Below, in pieces: positions 1 through 10,530 of a stretch of 64,000 nt of DNA. Position numbers and translations under genes: made by a program. Under the pieces are notes generated by a model, which was not told the DNA's origin, did not search any database, and was given only the letters and a program-made list of their open reading frames with translations. Source of the stretch: an uncultured Gammaproteobacteria bacterium (GTDB lineage Bacteria; Pseudomonadota; Gammaproteobacteria; SZUA-229); NCBI GenBank assembly GCA_963847575.1, contig CAWKAL010000110.1:121-64120 (forward strand), written 5' to 3'. Position 1 is the first letter of the stretch. Each line of letters opens with the position of its first letter.

Positions 1-47
1 CTGGCGAATGTTTCCATCAGGTGTGACTGAAAAGCTGGCGCACAGAA

Positions 48-809
48 TTAGAGAACGTCGTAGCCGTGGTTGCGAATAATGCTGGCGGCTTTAGCTGACT
101 GCATGAATTGCCAGAACGCTGACACTGCAGGCTTATCCTGTGATTGTTTGAGTACGACCATTTTCTGCCTGACTGGTGCATATAAATCGATGGGCACTTC
201 CCACTCACAGGCGCGCTTGATGATGGCATCGCCCGACAGCAAGGATTTTGCCACAAACCCGGCATTGGCACTGGTGCTCGATACAAACTGCAGGGTTTGC
301 GCGATATTTTCGCCCATCACCAGCCTGGCCTGCAGCTTGTCCCAGAGATTGAGTTTCTCCATCACTTGCTGTGCAGCACTACCATAAGGCGCAGTATCGG
401 GATTTGCGATAGCCAGCCATTTGAGATCAGCACTTGAAAGCACACTCACGCAATCGCCCACAGGTTCTATATTGGATATAAAGACAAGCTTGCCGAGCGC
501 ATACACCCGCGCAAACCCAGCATTGGCCTTACCCTCATGCACCAGCATATCGGCGCGCTTTTCATCAGCTGACATAAACACATCAAATGGTGCGCCGTGT
601 TGAATCTGGGCATAGAGCTTACCCGTCGAGGCGCTGCTTGTTTTAAGCGTGTGGCCTGTTTGTGCATGATAAGCAAGCGCAATATCTTGCAAGGTAGCAG
701 TGAAATTGCTTGCCACTGCAACCAGCAGCGTTTCGGCTGATGCGAAAGATGCACCACAGATAAAGAGTATTAATGCCCTGCCGGCTGATTTAAATATTTT
801 AAATTGCAC
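48..809 (-). CDS. modA: Molybdate ABC transporter periplasmic substrate-binding protein
   Basis: 253-aa ORF with an N-terminal signal peptide (LILFICGASFASA). ModA-like PBP motifs are present (VAVASNFT, SASTGKLYAQIQHGAPFDVFMSAD, AIANPDTAPYG). Family recognition from memory only. Confidence 0.8.
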   Translation of the reverse strand: MQFKIFKSAGRALILFICGASFASAETLLVAVASNFTATLQDIALAYHAQTGHTLKTSSASTGKLYAQIQHGAPFDVFMSADEKRADMLVHEGKANAGFARVYALGKLVFISNIEPVGDCVSVLSSADLKWLAIANPDTAPYGSAAQQVMEKLNLWDKLQARLVMGENIAQTLQFVSSTSANAGFVAKSLLSGDAIIKRACEWEVPIDLYAPVRQKMVVLKQSQDKPAVSAFWQFMQSAKAASIIRNHGYDVL

Positions 810-846
810 GACAAAACAAACGGGCAGATCGAGTAAAAGGCTTATG

Positions 847-2103
847 TCAGCCTTTCATCGAATCAAAAAATTCACTATTGGTCTTGGTGGCCTGCAACTT
901 GCTCATCAGGAATTCGATCGCACCGACTTCATCCATCGGCTGCAATAACCTGCGCAGTATCCACATTTTCTGTAACTCGTCCGGCTTGGTCAGCAGTTCT
1001 TCGCGACGCGTACCGGAGCGGTTTATGTTGATCGCCGGGAAAATACGTTTTTCGGTTATACGACGATCAAGGTGGATTTCCATGTTACCGGTGCCCTTGA
1101 ATTCTTCGTAAATAACTTCATCCATTTTTGAACCGGTATCGACCAGCGCGGTAGCGATAATGGTGATGCTGCCGCCTTCTTCGATGTTACGTGCCGCACC
1201 GAAGAAACGTTTCGGACGGTGCAATGCATGTGCATCGACACCACCGGTCAGTACTTTGCCGGAAGACGGGATAACGGTGTTGTAAGCACGCGCAAGACGC
1301 GTAATCGAATCGAGCAGGATCACCACGTCTTTTTTATGCTCGGCCAGGCGCTTGGCTTTTTCGATGACCATTTCGGCTACCTGCACGTGACGGGTGGCCG
1401 GTTCATCAAAGGTGCTCGAGACCACTTCGCCGCGCACGCTGCGCTGCATTTCGGTGACTTCTTCCGGGCGCTCATCAATCAGCAGCACGATCAGTACACA
1501 TTCGGGATGATTGGCTGCAATCGATTGCGCGATATTGCTCATCATCATGGTTTTACCGGCTTTCGGTGGTGACACGATCAGGCCGCGCTGGCCTTTGCCA
1601 ATGGGTGCAACCAGATCGATGATGCGCGCCGTAATGTCTTCGGTGCTGCCGTTACCGCGCTCCATGGTCATGCGTTCGTTCGGATGCAGCGGCGTCAGGT
1701 TTTCAAACGCGACCTTGTTACGCGAGTTTTCCGGGGTATCAAAGTTGATGGTATCGACCTTGAGCAGGGCAAAATAACGCTCACCTTCTTTCGGCGGACT
1801 GATTTTTCCGGAAATAGTGTCGCCGGTACGCATGTTAAAGCGTCGAATCTGGCTGGGCGAAACATAAATATCATCCGGGCCGGCCAGGTATGAACTGTCT
1901 GCAGCGCGCAGAAATCCGAAACCGTCCTGCAAAATTTCCAGTACACCATCACCAAATATATCTTCGCCTTTCTTGGCATGCGCCTTGAGAATGGAAAATA
2001 TGATGTCCTGTTTTTTTGTACGCGCCACATTATCGAGTTTCATTTCGGTGGCGATATCGAGAAGTTCCTGGACAGGCTTTAATTTAAGTTCGGTAAGATT
2101 CAT
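847..2103 (-). CDS. rho: Transcription termination factor Rho
   Basis: 418 aa. N-terminus MNLTELK..ELLDIA, RNA-binding domain ([14 protein letters not shown]), Walker A (PPKAGKT), full-length Rho architecture. Confidence 0.97.
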   Translation of the reverse strand: MNLTELKLKPVQELLDIATEMKLDNVARTKKQDIIFSILKAHAKKGEDIFGDGVLEILQDGFGFLRAADSSYLAGPDDIYVSPSQIRRFNMRTGDTISGKISPPKEGERYFALLKVDTINFDTPENSRNKVAFENLTPLHPNERMTMERGNGSTEDITARIIDLVAPIGKGQRGLIVSPPKAGKTMMMSNIAQSIAANHPECVLIVLLIDERPEEVTEMQRSVRGEVVSSTFDEPATRHVQVAEMVIEKAKRLAEHKKDVVILLDSITRLARAYNTVIPSSGKVLTGGVDAHALHRPKRFFGAARNIEEGGSITIIATALVDTGSKMDEVIYEEFKGTGNMEIHLDRRITEKRIFPAININRSGTRREELLTKPDELQKMWILRRLLQPMDEVGAIEFLMSKLQATKTNSEFFDSMKG

Positions 2104-2263
2104 AGGCTGGATTTTCTGGTTATTGAGTTAGTTGTGTAATTAGACTGGATGATTATTGTTTTTCCCGGCCAGAGTGGACGGGGATTTTCGCGAGAGTTGC
2201 GACAGGTTTTTGTTATGCGGTACAAAGAAACAGCGTTCGGTGTGCCGTATGCGCAAATCTCTC

Positions 2264-2590
2264 TTATAAATTACTGTCGATAAATGCTGTTAGTTGTGAC
2301 TTTGAAAGTGCACCCACCTTGGTGGCTTCTACTTCACCGTTCTTGAACAGGATCAGTGTCGGAATTCCGCGAATACCAAACTTGGGCGGTGTTTGCGGGT
2401 TTTCATCAATATTCAACTTGGCAATTTTCAGGCGACCATCGTAGTCACCGACAATATCTTCAAGGATTGGTGCGATCATCTTGCAGGGGCCACACCACTC
2501 TGCCCAGTAATCTACAAGCACTGGAACGTCAGACTGTAATACATCTTTTTCAAAACTGTCGTCTGTTACATAAGAAATCTTGTCGCTCAC
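2264..2590 (-). CDS. trxA: Thioredoxin 1
   Basis: WCGPC active site. A likely GTG start at 2590 (VSDKISYV..) is preceded by GGAGG; the ORF-track start at 2635 is probably too long. The trxA-rho adjacency is conserved in gammaproteobacteria. Confidence 0.93.
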   Translation of the reverse strand: MSDKISYVTDDSFEKDVLQSDVPVLVDYWAEWCGPCKMIAPILEDIVGDYDGRLKIAKLNIDENPQTPPKFGIRGIPTLILFKNGEVEATKVGALSKSQLTAFIDSNL

Positions 2591-2878
2591 CTTTAGAATG
2601 CCTCCGGATAATTGAACTGGTAGTCGCCTGACCACAGAATGGCCCGCTGGATAAATCAGATGGTGTTTAGTAGTGCTGAGTTGGACTGAGTTGATATATT
2701 GAATTGAATTTGGCGCTATCTTAGACTATTTTGCGCTTTTGTACAGCCCCGCCCTGAAATAATCATGCTGCCGTGCAGTGTCTCCCGGGCCCCTGATTTG
2801 CCGTCGAATCGCCCACCCGGTGCATGTTTATTAGCATGACGTTAGCGTTTATCGCATATGCAGGTTAAGCTACGCGCC

Positions 2879-4193
2879 ATGAGTGAACACCATTTGACCG
2901 AAACCCGCTTTTCTGACTTCCAGATCGACCCCAGTATCCTGCACGGCCTGAACGATGCCGGCTTTGAATTCTGCACCCCGATCCAGGCAGAAAGCCTGCC
3001 GATTGCCCTCAAAGGCACGGATGTCGCCGGCGAAGCCCAGACCGGCACCGGTAAAACCGCCGCCTTCATGGTCGCCTGTTTTAATCATTTATTGCTTAAT
3101 CCGGCACCGGAAACACGCAAGCTCAACCAGCCGCGCGCGCTGCTGCTGGCACCGACGCGTGAGCTTGCTATCCAGATCCACAAGGATGCCCTGGTGATCG
3201 GTAAACACACCGGGCTCAAACTGGGCCTGGCCTATGGCGGCACCGGTTATGAACAACAGCGCGACGACATTACCAGCGGTGTTGATCTGCTGATTGGCAC
3301 CCCGGGCCGCATTATCGATTATTTCCAGCAGAACGTATTCGACCTGAAGATGTGCCAGGTGGTGGTGATTGATGAAGCCGACCGCATGTTCGATCTCGGC
3401 TTTATCAAGGATATTCGCTACCTGATAAGGCGCTGCCCCGATCCGGATAAAAGACTGAGCCTGCTGTTTTCAGCCACGCTTTCACATCGCGTTGCAGAAC
3501 TCGCTTACATGCACATGAACAGACCCGGAAGAAGTGCGCATCAAGGCCGACACCAAAACCGCGGACAAGGTCAAACAGTCGGTGTTTTACCCCGCCAACG
3601 ACGAAAAAATCCCGCTGCTGCTCGGCCTGATGCAAAAACTGCAGCCCCAGCGCAGCATTATTTTTATTAACACCAAGCGCATCGCTGACCGCGTGTATGA
3701 ATGGCTGGCGGGCAATGATTATAAATCCGGCCTGCTCTCGGGTGATGTGCCGCAAACCAAGCGCCAGACCCTGCTCAAACGTTTTGCGGATGGCGAGTTC
3801 AATATCCTGGTCGCGACCGATGTTGCCGCCCGCGGCCTGCATATTCCCGAAGTCAGCCACGTGTTTAATTTCGATCTGCCGCAAAGCGGTGAAGATTACG
3901 TGCATCGCGTTGGCCGTACCGCGCGCGCCGGCGCCAGTGGCGCAGCAGTGAGTTTCGCCTGCGAAGATTATGCACACTACCTGATGGATATCGAAGAATA
4001 CATCGGCCACCGCATTAACAACGAAGCGGTATCTGCCGAGTTGCTGGTCAAACCCAAACCCCCGATCAAGCGCATCTCAAGACCGCCGACACACGGCAAG
4101 GGCGGCCGCCCCGGCGGCGGCAGGTCAGGCGATCGCAACCGCCGTCCACGGCAAACCGAGAAACTACTGCCCGGCGTTAGTGTTTACACATAG
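2879..4193 (+). pseudogene. rhlB: ATP-dependent DEAD-box RNA helicase RhlB, reading frame broken once near 3525
   Basis: Two overlapping ORFs (2858..3670, 3534..4193) together give a complete RhlB. Motifs: Q-motif/[18 protein letters not shown] ([10 protein letters not shown]), SAT, then [10 protein letters not shown] and an Arg/Gly-rich tail. The junction reads cccGGaagaagtgcgc, and removing one G restores ..[11 protein letters not shown].. Confidence 0.88.
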
Positions 4194-4201
4194 AAATACA
4201 T

Positions 4202-4313
4202 TTGCCGCAAATAACGCAAATAAACGCGATAAGAGTTTTTTAACTGTAACTATGGCATAAGCTGTATACGGCTTATTGTTTTAATTTGCGAGTATTTGCG
4301 TTCATTTGCGGCC
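4202..4313. repeat. Palindromic intergenic element (CGCAAAT/GAACGC word type) between convergent rhlB and purK
   Basis: The left arm tgccgcaaataacgcaaataaacgcga (about 4202-4230) is the imperfect reverse complement of the right arm tcgcgagtatttgcgttcatttgcggcc (about 4286-4313). A small central hairpin ataagc..gcttat is present. Confidence 0.75.
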
Positions 4314-4330
4314 AATACCTTTTTACGTTT

Positions 4331-5458
4331 TTATTGTTTATCAGCCAACCTCGCAAACACGTCCTCGGCGATCGCCAGCGCAGCTTCTACATTGTCTGAC
4401 AATACATTGAAGTGCCCCATCTTGCGTCCCGGGCGGGCGTGTTGCTTGCCGTAGAGATGCAGCTTGATTTCGGGGTGTTGCAGAATTTCCAGCCAGCTGG
4501 GCGGCCACAGATCACCCAGCATGTTGACCATCACCACCGGCGAGGTCAGCCGGGCATCGCCAGCCGGCAGGCCGCACATCATGCGCACCTGTTGTTCAAA
4601 CTGCGAAGTGACGCAGGCATCCCTGGTGTAATGCCCGCTGTTGTGCGGGCGCGGCGCCATTTCGTTGAAATACAGCGTGCCGTCCTTCGCCAGAAAAAAT
4701 TCCACTGCCAGCACCCCGGTGTAATCCATCGCCTCGGCAAGCTTCATCGCCTGCGCGCGCGCCGTATGGGTAATGCCCTGCTCGACCCGTGCGGGCACAA
4801 TGCTGAGATGTAAAATCCCGTCGAGATGCTGGTTTTCCGCCACCGGGAAACTGACTGAAGAAATCGAGTTGCGCGCGATAATGGCAGACACTTCCAGCTG
4901 CAAATCAATTTTTTTCTCCAGTACGCACTCGACCTGCTGCATGCCATGCCAGGCATCGCGCAGCTCGGCCTCGGTGGTCACCACCACCTGGCCCTTGCCG
5001 TCGTAACCCAGGGTGGCGCTTTTTAAAATACCTGGAAGCCCGACGTCAGCCAGCGCCGGTTCAAGATCACTTTCGCTACGGATCACGTGATACGGCACCG
5101 GCAACAGGCCGGCATCACGTGCAAAGTGTTTTTCACGGTTTCGATTTTGCGCAATTTCGAGCGCATCGGGCGACGGGAACACCGGGCATTTGTTTGCCAG
5201 GTAACGCAGGCTGTCAGCGGGAACGTTTTCAAATTCGGTGGTGATCGCATCACATAATTTCGCGAGCCGGTCGAGCGCGGCATGATCAGTGAAATCAGCC
5301 TGGATATGATGATCCGCAATACGCCCGGCAGGACTGCCCGCATCGGGATCGAGCACCGCAAGCTGGTAACCCATGGTGCGCGCCGCCACGCAGAACATGC
5401 GGCCGAGCTGGCCGCCGCCCAGTACACCCAGTGTAGCCCCGGGTAAAATCACGCTCAT
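4331..5458 (-). CDS. purK: N5-carboxyaminoimidazole ribonucleotide synthase
   Basis: 375 aa with an ATP-grasp fold. N-terminus LGVLGGGQLGRM, located directly downstream of purE. Confidence 0.9.
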   Translation of the reverse strand: MSVILPGATLGVLGGGQLGRMFCVAARTMGYQLAVLDPDAGSPAGRIADHHIQADFTDHAALDRLAKLCDAITTEFENVPADSLRYLANKCPVFPSPDALEIAQNRNREKHFARDAGLLPVPYHVIRSESDLEPALADVGLPGILKSATLGYDGKGQVVVTTEAELRDAWHGMQQVECVLEKKIDLQLEVSAIIARNSISSVSFPVAENQHLDGILHLSIVPARVEQGITHTARAQAMKLAEAMDYTGVLAVEFFLAKDGTLYFNEMAPRPHNSGHYTRDACVTSQFEQQVRMMCGLPAGDARLTSPVVMVNMLGDLWPPSWLEILQHPEIKLHLYGKQHARPGRKMGHFNVLSDNVEAALAIAEDVFARLADKQ

Positions 5459-5470
5459 GACTTTCGCTGA

Positions 5471-5974
5471 TTAACCTGCGGGCGGGAGGTGCATCGCAAA
5501 CACCGCCTGCTGCTGGGTGTCGCGGAAAGCATCGAGCTTGCCGGCAAGTGTGGCGTCGCTGACAGCGAGAATAGATATCGCGTAGAGCGCCGCATTAATC
5601 GCCCCGGCTTCACCAATTGCAAACGTCGCCACCGGGATACCCTTGGGCATTTGCACGATAGACAGCAATGAATCCATGCCCTTGAGATAACGCGAAGGCA
5701 CCGGTACACCCAGTACCGGCACGGTCGTTTTTGATGCCAGCATGCCCGGCAGATGTGCAGCGCCACCGGCACCGGCAATAATGCAGGCAAAGCCCTGGTC
5801 ACGCGCTGCCGCCGCATATTCGAACAAAAGATCCGGAGTGCGGTGCGCAGACACCACGCGCGCCTCGTACGGCACACCAAAGGCTTCGAGCTGTTTTACC
5901 GCATGTTCCATCACCGGCCAGTCGCTATCACTGCCCATCACCACGCCTACTTTCAAAGTCGCCATTTTGACCAC
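5471..5974 (-). CDS. purE: N5-carboxyaminoimidazole ribonucleotide mutase
   Basis: 167 aa. Motifs [14 protein letters not shown] and [10 protein letters not shown] are typical of PurE. An alternative start lies at 5965. Confidence 0.93.
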   Translation of the reverse strand: MVKMATLKVGVVMGSDSDWPVMEHAVKQLEAFGVPYEARVVSAHRTPDLLFEYAAAARDQGFACIIAGAGGAAHLPGMLASKTTVPVLGVPVPSRYLKGMDSLLSIVQMPKGIPVATFAIGEAGAINAALYAISILAVSDATLAGKLDAFRDTQQQAVFAMHLPPAG

Positions 5975-6065
5975 CCCTGTAAAGAGGAAAAGCGGGGCAT
6001 TCTATACGAAATCTACGACACGCGGAAATGTGTGTTATCTGGTAAATAATACGGCGGAGGAAAAC

Positions 6066-6420
6066 ATGGTGGTTATGGGTGGACTTGAACCTCTGTTGCG
6101 GGTCAGGGCGACCCGCGGATTATGGGTGCGTAGCACTCCGCATTCACTACCACGGATGTTCGGTAATGTGATGCGGGAAGAGTATGGTGGTTATGGGTGG
6201 ACTTGAACCTTTGTTGCGGGTCAGGGCGACCCGCGGATTATGGGTGCGTAGCACTCCGCATTCACTACCACGGATGTTCGGTAATGTGATGCGGGAAAAG
6301 TATGGTGGTTATGGGTGGACTTGAACCTTTGTTGCGGGTCAGGGCGACCCGCGGATTATGGGTGCGTAGCACTCCGCATTCACTACCACGGATGTTCGGT
6401 AATGTGATGCGGGAAAAGTA
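6066..6420 (-). repeat. Three tandem ~118-119-bp units, each a degenerate tRNA-Met-derived pseudo-tRNA ending in the exact 3' 25 nt of the adjacent tRNA-Met
   Basis: Units start at 6066, 6185 and 6303, and the real tRNA starts at 6421. The units differ by only about 2 substitutions. Each minus-strand unit contains GGTAGTG-AA-TGCG-GAGTGCTA-CGCA (acceptor/D-arm-like), CATAAT..GGGTCG (an anticodon-loop remnant at the same spacing as in the real tRNA), and GGTTCAAGTCCACCCATAACCACCA. Confidence 0.85.
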
Positions 6421-6497
6421 TGGTGGTTATGGGTGGACTTGAACCACCGACCCCAGCATTATGAATGCTGTGCTCTAACCAACTGAGCTACATAACC
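6421..6497 (-). tRNA. tRNA-Met (anticodon CAT), elongator-like
   Basis: The reverse complement GGTTATGTAGCTCAGTTGGTTAGAGCACAGCATTCATAATGCTGGGGTCGGTGGTTCAAGTCCACCCATAACCACCA folds as a cloverleaf and closely resembles E. coli metT. tRNA-Ile2 (lysidine-modified CAT) cannot be formally excluded. Confidence 0.9.
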
Positions 6498-6559
6498 ATA
6501 GATTTGAAGGGCGCAGATTGTGGACTTTCAGACCGAAATTGTCAATCCGACCTGGCCGA

Positions 6560-7651
6560 TTAGACGTTAAACCGAAAGTGCATGACATCGCCGTCCTTGA
6601 CGATGTAATCCTTGCCTTCGACGCGCAGCTTGCCCGCTTCTTTCGCGCCCTGCTCACCCTTGTGTGCAACAAAGTCATCGTAGGCGATGGTTTCGGCGCG
6701 GATAAAGCCTTTTTCGAAATCGGTGTGGATCACCGCGGCGGCTTTGGGTGCGGTGGCACCTACGGCGACGGTCCAGGCGCGCACTTCTTTGACCCCGGCG
6801 GTGAAGTAGGTTTGCAGGCCGAGCAAGCTGTAGCCGGCGCGGATCACCCGGTTCAGGCCCGGCTCTTCCAGCCCCAGTGCTTCTAAAAACTCGGTGCGCT
6901 CAGCGTCTTCGAGTTCAATCAGCTCGGCTTCGATCGCCGCGCATACCGGCACCACCAGCGCGTTTTCATCTGCGGCGTGTGCGACAACGCTATCCAGATA
7001 GGGATTATTTTCGAAGCCGTCTTCATTGACATTGGCGATGTACATCACCGGCTTCATGGTGATCAGGTGAAACTCGTAGAGGTCAGCGCGTTCTTCCTTG
7101 CTCAGTTCCATCGCGCGAATCGGTTTGCCAGTGTCGAGCTGGACTTTTACTTTTTCCAGCAGTTCGAGTTTGGCTTTGGCGGCTTTATCACCGCTCTTGG
7201 CAACCCGCGCCATGCGGTAGATGCCTTTCTCGATGCCTTCGAGATCGGCCAGCGCCAGTTCGGTATTGATCACTTCGATATCCGACAGCGGGTTGATCTT
7301 GCCGGCGACGTGCACGATGTCGTCGTTCTCGAAACAGCGCACCACGTGCGCGATGGCATCGGTCTCGCGAATATTGGCAAGAAACTGGTTGCCCAGGCCT
7401 TCACCTTTGGAGGCACCCGCGACCAGGCCGGCGATGTCGACGAACTCCATGGTGGTCGGCACCACGCGCTGTGGCTTGACGATCTCGGCAAGTTTGTCGA
7501 GCCGTGGATCGGGCACCGGGACGATGCCGACATTGGGCTCGATGGTGCAGAACGGATAATTTTCCGCCTGGATGCCCGCCTTGGTCAGCGCATTGAACAG
7601 CGTGGATTTACCCACATTCGGCAAGCCGACGATACCGCACTTGAATCCCAC
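6560..7651 (-). CDS. ychF: Ribosome-binding ATPase YchF
   Basis: 363 aa. G1 motif [10 protein letters not shown]-terminal TGS domain, pth-ychF synteny. Confidence 0.96.
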   Translation of the reverse strand: MGFKCGIVGLPNVGKSTLFNALTKAGIQAENYPFCTIEPNVGIVPVPDPRLDKLAEIVKPQRVVPTTMEFVDIAGLVAGASKGEGLGNQFLANIRETDAIAHVVRCFENDDIVHVAGKINPLSDIEVINTELALADLEGIEKGIYRMARVAKSGDKAAKAKLELLEKVKVQLDTGKPIRAMELSKEERADLYEFHLITMKPVMYIANVNEDGFENNPYLDSVVAHAADENALVVPVCAAIEAELIELEDAERTEFLEALGLEEPGLNRVIRAGYSLLGLQTYFTAGVKEVRAWTVAVGATAPKAAAVIHTDFEKGFIRAETIAYDDFVAHKGEQGAKEAGKLRVEGKDYIVKDGDVMHFRFNV

Positions 7652-7654
7652 GTT

Positions 7655-8245
7655 TTACCTCGGACTATGTAATTGTTGCATCGCCTGTTCCCAGGCACCT
7701 TCGGCCAGTAGCGGCACCACTTTCAGCGACTCTGCAACCGCGTCATCGATCAGTCGGTGCTCTTCCATGGAGGCGCGGTGTAACACGTAATCTGCCACCT
7801 GTTCCTTGTTACCCGGATGACCCACACCCAGGCGCAGGCGCTGAAACTCCCTGGTACCAAGGTGGCTGACAATATCACGCAGGCCATTATGACCGCCGTG
7901 ACCACCGCCGGATTTAAGTTTTACTGCACCGACATCAAGATCAATTTCGTCATGCGCCACCAGCATATTTTCCGGCTTGAGCTTGTAGAAAGACAGCAGG
8001 CTTTGCACTGCAATGCCGCTGCGATTCATGAAGGTATCGGGTTTCAACAACCAGATATCATTGCCATGCACATCAATGCGCGTGACTTCACCATGAAACT
8101 TGCGATCCACTGCAAACCGAGCGCCATAGGCACTGGCGAGCTCATCCACAAACCAAAACCCGGCGTTATGCCGGGTTTCAGAGTATTTTGCGCCGGGATT
8201 ACCGAGGCCGACAATGGCGTGGATATCAATTGTCAGTGCCGCCAC
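7655..8245 (-). CDS. pth: Peptidyl-tRNA hydrolase
   Basis: 196 aa. Motifs GLGNPG..Y..TRHN(A)GF and GHGGHNGLRD. Confidence 0.95.
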   Translation of the reverse strand: MAALTIDIHAIVGLGNPGAKYSETRHNAGFWFVDELASAYGARFAVDRKFHGEVTRIDVHGNDIWLLKPDTFMNRSGIAVQSLLSFYKLKPENMLVAHDEIDLDVGAVKLKSGGGHGGHNGLRDIVSHLGTREFQRLRLGVGHPGNKEQVADYVLHRASMEEHRLIDDAVAESLKVVPLLAEGAWEQAMQQLHSPR

Positions 8246-8287
8246 CTTATCTCCACATGCGCGCTGGGTTGAACTGCATCAACAGGA

Positions 8288-8953
8288 TTAATCCTTGTCC
8301 TTGTCCTTATCGTCTTCATCCTCAGACGCAACTTCTGGTGCTTCTGGTGCTTCCGGTGCCTCTTCATCAACTTCAACAGCCTTGCGCTGATGCACATTAG
8401 CCACCGCAGAGTCATGATCTTCACCCTGTCTCAACGCCAGCAGTTCAACACCCGCCGGTATATTGAGGTCAGACAAATGAATGATGTCGCCCATGTGCAT
8501 GCCAGACAGGTCCACTTCGATAAACTCGGGGATATCTTTTGGCAAACATTCGACTTCAACTTCACTCACCACGTGGCTGATGGCACCGCCTTCAGTCTTG
8601 ACGCCCGGCGCTTCTTCATCACCGATGAAATGCAGCGGCACGTGCACGTGGACCACTTTCTTCGCGTCAACGCGCAGAAAATCCATGTGCATAATGTCGA
8701 TCTTGTACGGATGATGTTGCAGGTCACGCAACAGCACGTCTACTTTCTTGCCGGCCACATTGAGTGCCAACACCTGTGTATAGAAAGCTTCGTTGTGCAT
8801 TTGATACTGCACGTCTTTCTGTTCCAGCGTGAGGTTCTGCGGGTCCTTGCCGGCACCGTAGACAATTGCCGGGATTTTATTTACGCGACGCAGGCGGCGG
8901 CTCGCACCCTTCCCCATGTCCTCGCGTAATTCAGCGTTAAGTTCAATACTCAT
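8288..8953 (-). CDS. rplY: 50S ribosomal protein L25 / general stress protein Ctc
   Basis: Long-form L25 with an acidic C-terminal tail. The start at 8953 (MSIELNA..) is preceded by GGAG at about 6 nt spacing. Confidence 0.9.
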   Translation of the reverse strand: MSIELNAELREDMGKGASRRLRRVNKIPAIVYGAGKDPQNLTLEQKDVQYQMHNEAFYTQVLALNVAGKKVDVLLRDLQHHPYKIDIMHMDFLRVDAKKVVHVHVPLHFIGDEEAPGVKTEGGAISHVVSEVEVECLPKDIPEFIEVDLSGMHMGDIIHLSDLNIPAGVELLALRQGEDHDSAVANVHQRKAVEVDEEAPEAPEAPEVASEDEDDKDKDKD

Positions 8954-8993
8954 AATAATCTCCAATAACTCGCTCTTGCCTGGGGCTCAAGCG

Positions 8994-9023
8994 AAATAAA
9001 AAACTTCTCCGCGACCAGAGAAG
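8994..9023 (-). terminator. Rho-independent terminator-like hairpin downstream of prs, in the rplY leader
   Basis: The minus strand reads CTTCTC-tggtcgcg-GAGAAG followed by TTTTTTATTT. A second perfect 9-bp hairpin (CTGCTGTGA-atga-TCACAGCAG) lies just upstream on the same strand. Confidence 0.5.
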
Positions 9024-9115
9024 CACTGCTGCTGTGATCATTCACAGCAGGTTTCCGCACCCGCACCGGCGAATCTAAGCCGTGCAGGTCCAAAATTCTT
9101 TTCGATTCAATCAAT

Positions 9116-10074
9116 CAGTCGATATACATTTCGCTGACTGATTCTTCGTAATGTATACGTCGAATCGTTTCCGCCAGCATGGTCGAAATCGACACCTGGC
9201 GGATACGACTGCAGGTCTTTGCTTCCTCGCTGAGCGGGATGGTGTCGGTCACCACCAGTTCATCGAGCATCGAGTTAGCGATGTTTTCGATCGCATTGCC
9301 CGATAGTACCGGGTGGGTACAATACGCCGAAACACTCGCAGCGCCATGCTATTTTAACGCACTCGCGGCCTTGCACAGGGTGCCGGCGGTATCGACCAGG
9401 TCATCCACCAGCACACAATTCTTGCCTTCGACTTCACCGATAATGTTCATGATCTCGGCTACATTCGCCTTCGGGCGACGTTTGTCGATAATCGCCAGTT
9501 CGGCATCACCGAGGCGTTTTGCCAGCGCTCTCGCCCTGACCACGCCGCCGACATCCGGCGACACTACCAGCAGGTCCTGGAAACCTTTCTGCCAGACATC
9601 GGCCAGCAGGATCGGCGAGGCATAGACATTATCGATCGGTATATCAAAAAATCCCTGGATCTGGTCAGCATGCAGATCGACGGTTAACAGCCGGTTTACT
9701 TTCACACTGGTCAGCATGTTCGCCACCACTTTCGCCGTGATCGGCACCCGCGCCGAACGCGGTTTTCTGTCCTGGCGTGAATAGCCGTAATACGGTATCA
9801 CTGCGGTAATGCGTTTCGCCGAGGCACGCCGCATGGCGTCGATCATCACGATCAGCTCCATCAGGTTGTCGTTGGTCGGCTGGCATGTCGGCTGGATCAG
9901 GAACACATCCCGGCCACGCACGTTTTCCATCACTTCGATGCAAATTTCGCCATCACTGAAGGTCTCGACACTGATTCTGCCCAGCGAGGTATTCAGATGC
10001 GACGCAATCTTCTGCGACAGCTCGGGATTAGCATTACCCGAAAATATTCTCAACCGGCTGTCTTCTTTGGTCAC
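9116..10074 (-). pseudogene. prs: Ribose-phosphate pyrophosphokinase with an in-frame TAG at 9349..9351
   Basis: Prs homology is colinear along the full length (..[48 protein letters not shown]). The same frame continues after the TAG down to a TGA at 9116. The start is probably GTG at 10074 or TTG at 10053. Confidence 0.88.
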
Positions 10075-10100
10075 GTCTGGTCTCGTCTGTGCTTCAAAAA

Positions 10101-10371
10101 TGGCTGGGTCGGGAGGATTTTCTCGCGCCTCCCACATTCACCAGATCACTGCGTAATTACCACTTTGCAATCCGGCACATCTATTCTATATGGCTGGGCC
10201 GGGAGGATGACTCGGGCGCCTGCCCTTCGCCCTGCGGGCCAGCCTTCGGCTGTTCTGATTTGCGCCAGGCAAATCAGTCGAACCTGTCTATTATTCCGGA
10301 GGTTCGAACCCTCCCGCATTACCAGATGTCTTCGTCTCAAACTCTTAGCAATCAGGCACATCTATTCTATA
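10101..10371 (-). repeat. Two degenerate tRNA-Gln-derived units (about 90 and 181 bp), each ending in the tRNA-Gln 3' terminus
   Basis: tggctggg(t/c)cgggaggat recurs at 10101, 10191 and 10372 (the real tRNA). A 35-nt duplication ggcacatctattctatatggctgggccgggaggat is present. The larger unit contains a perfect T-arm-like GGAGGTTCGAACCCTCC and a 9-bp hairpin ctgatttgc-gccag-gcaaatcag. Confidence 0.75.
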
Positions 10372-10446
10372 TGGCTGGGCCGGGAGGATTCGAACCTCCG
10401 AATGCCAGGATCAAAACCTGGTGCCTTACCGCTTGGCGACGGCCCA
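10372..10446 (-). tRNA. tRNA-Gln (anticodon TTG)
   Basis: The reverse complement TGGGCCGTCGCCAAGCGGTAAGGCACCAGGTTTTGATCCTGGCATTCGGAGGTTCGAATCCTCCCGGCCCAGCCA is close to E. coli tRNA-Gln. The ispE-tRNA-Gln-prs position is conserved. Confidence 0.93.
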
Positions 10447-10530
10447 ATAATTCAAACTTGCTAACAACCAGCAGTCATACATGACTCACTGTGACTTGCC
10501 AGTTCAGGCTCGTCGGCCAGTCAACGCTAT

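Noticed and set aside
1-17. Possible start of modB downstream of modA on the minus strand (ATG at 17..15)
   Set aside because: Only about 5 codons fall inside the window, which is too little to support a call.
6066-6420. tRNA-Met 3'-end direct repeats as boundaries of an integrated genomic island
   Set aside because: The intervening segments are only ~93 nt, near-identical and tRNA-derived, and no integrase or cargo is present. They are treated as tandem pseudo-tRNA units instead.
9349-9351. TAG in prs as pyrrolysine or other recoding
   Set aside because: No pyl genes or recoding signals are visible. The position aligns to an ordinary Glu in Prs, so a substitution, whether an error or a mutation, is simpler.
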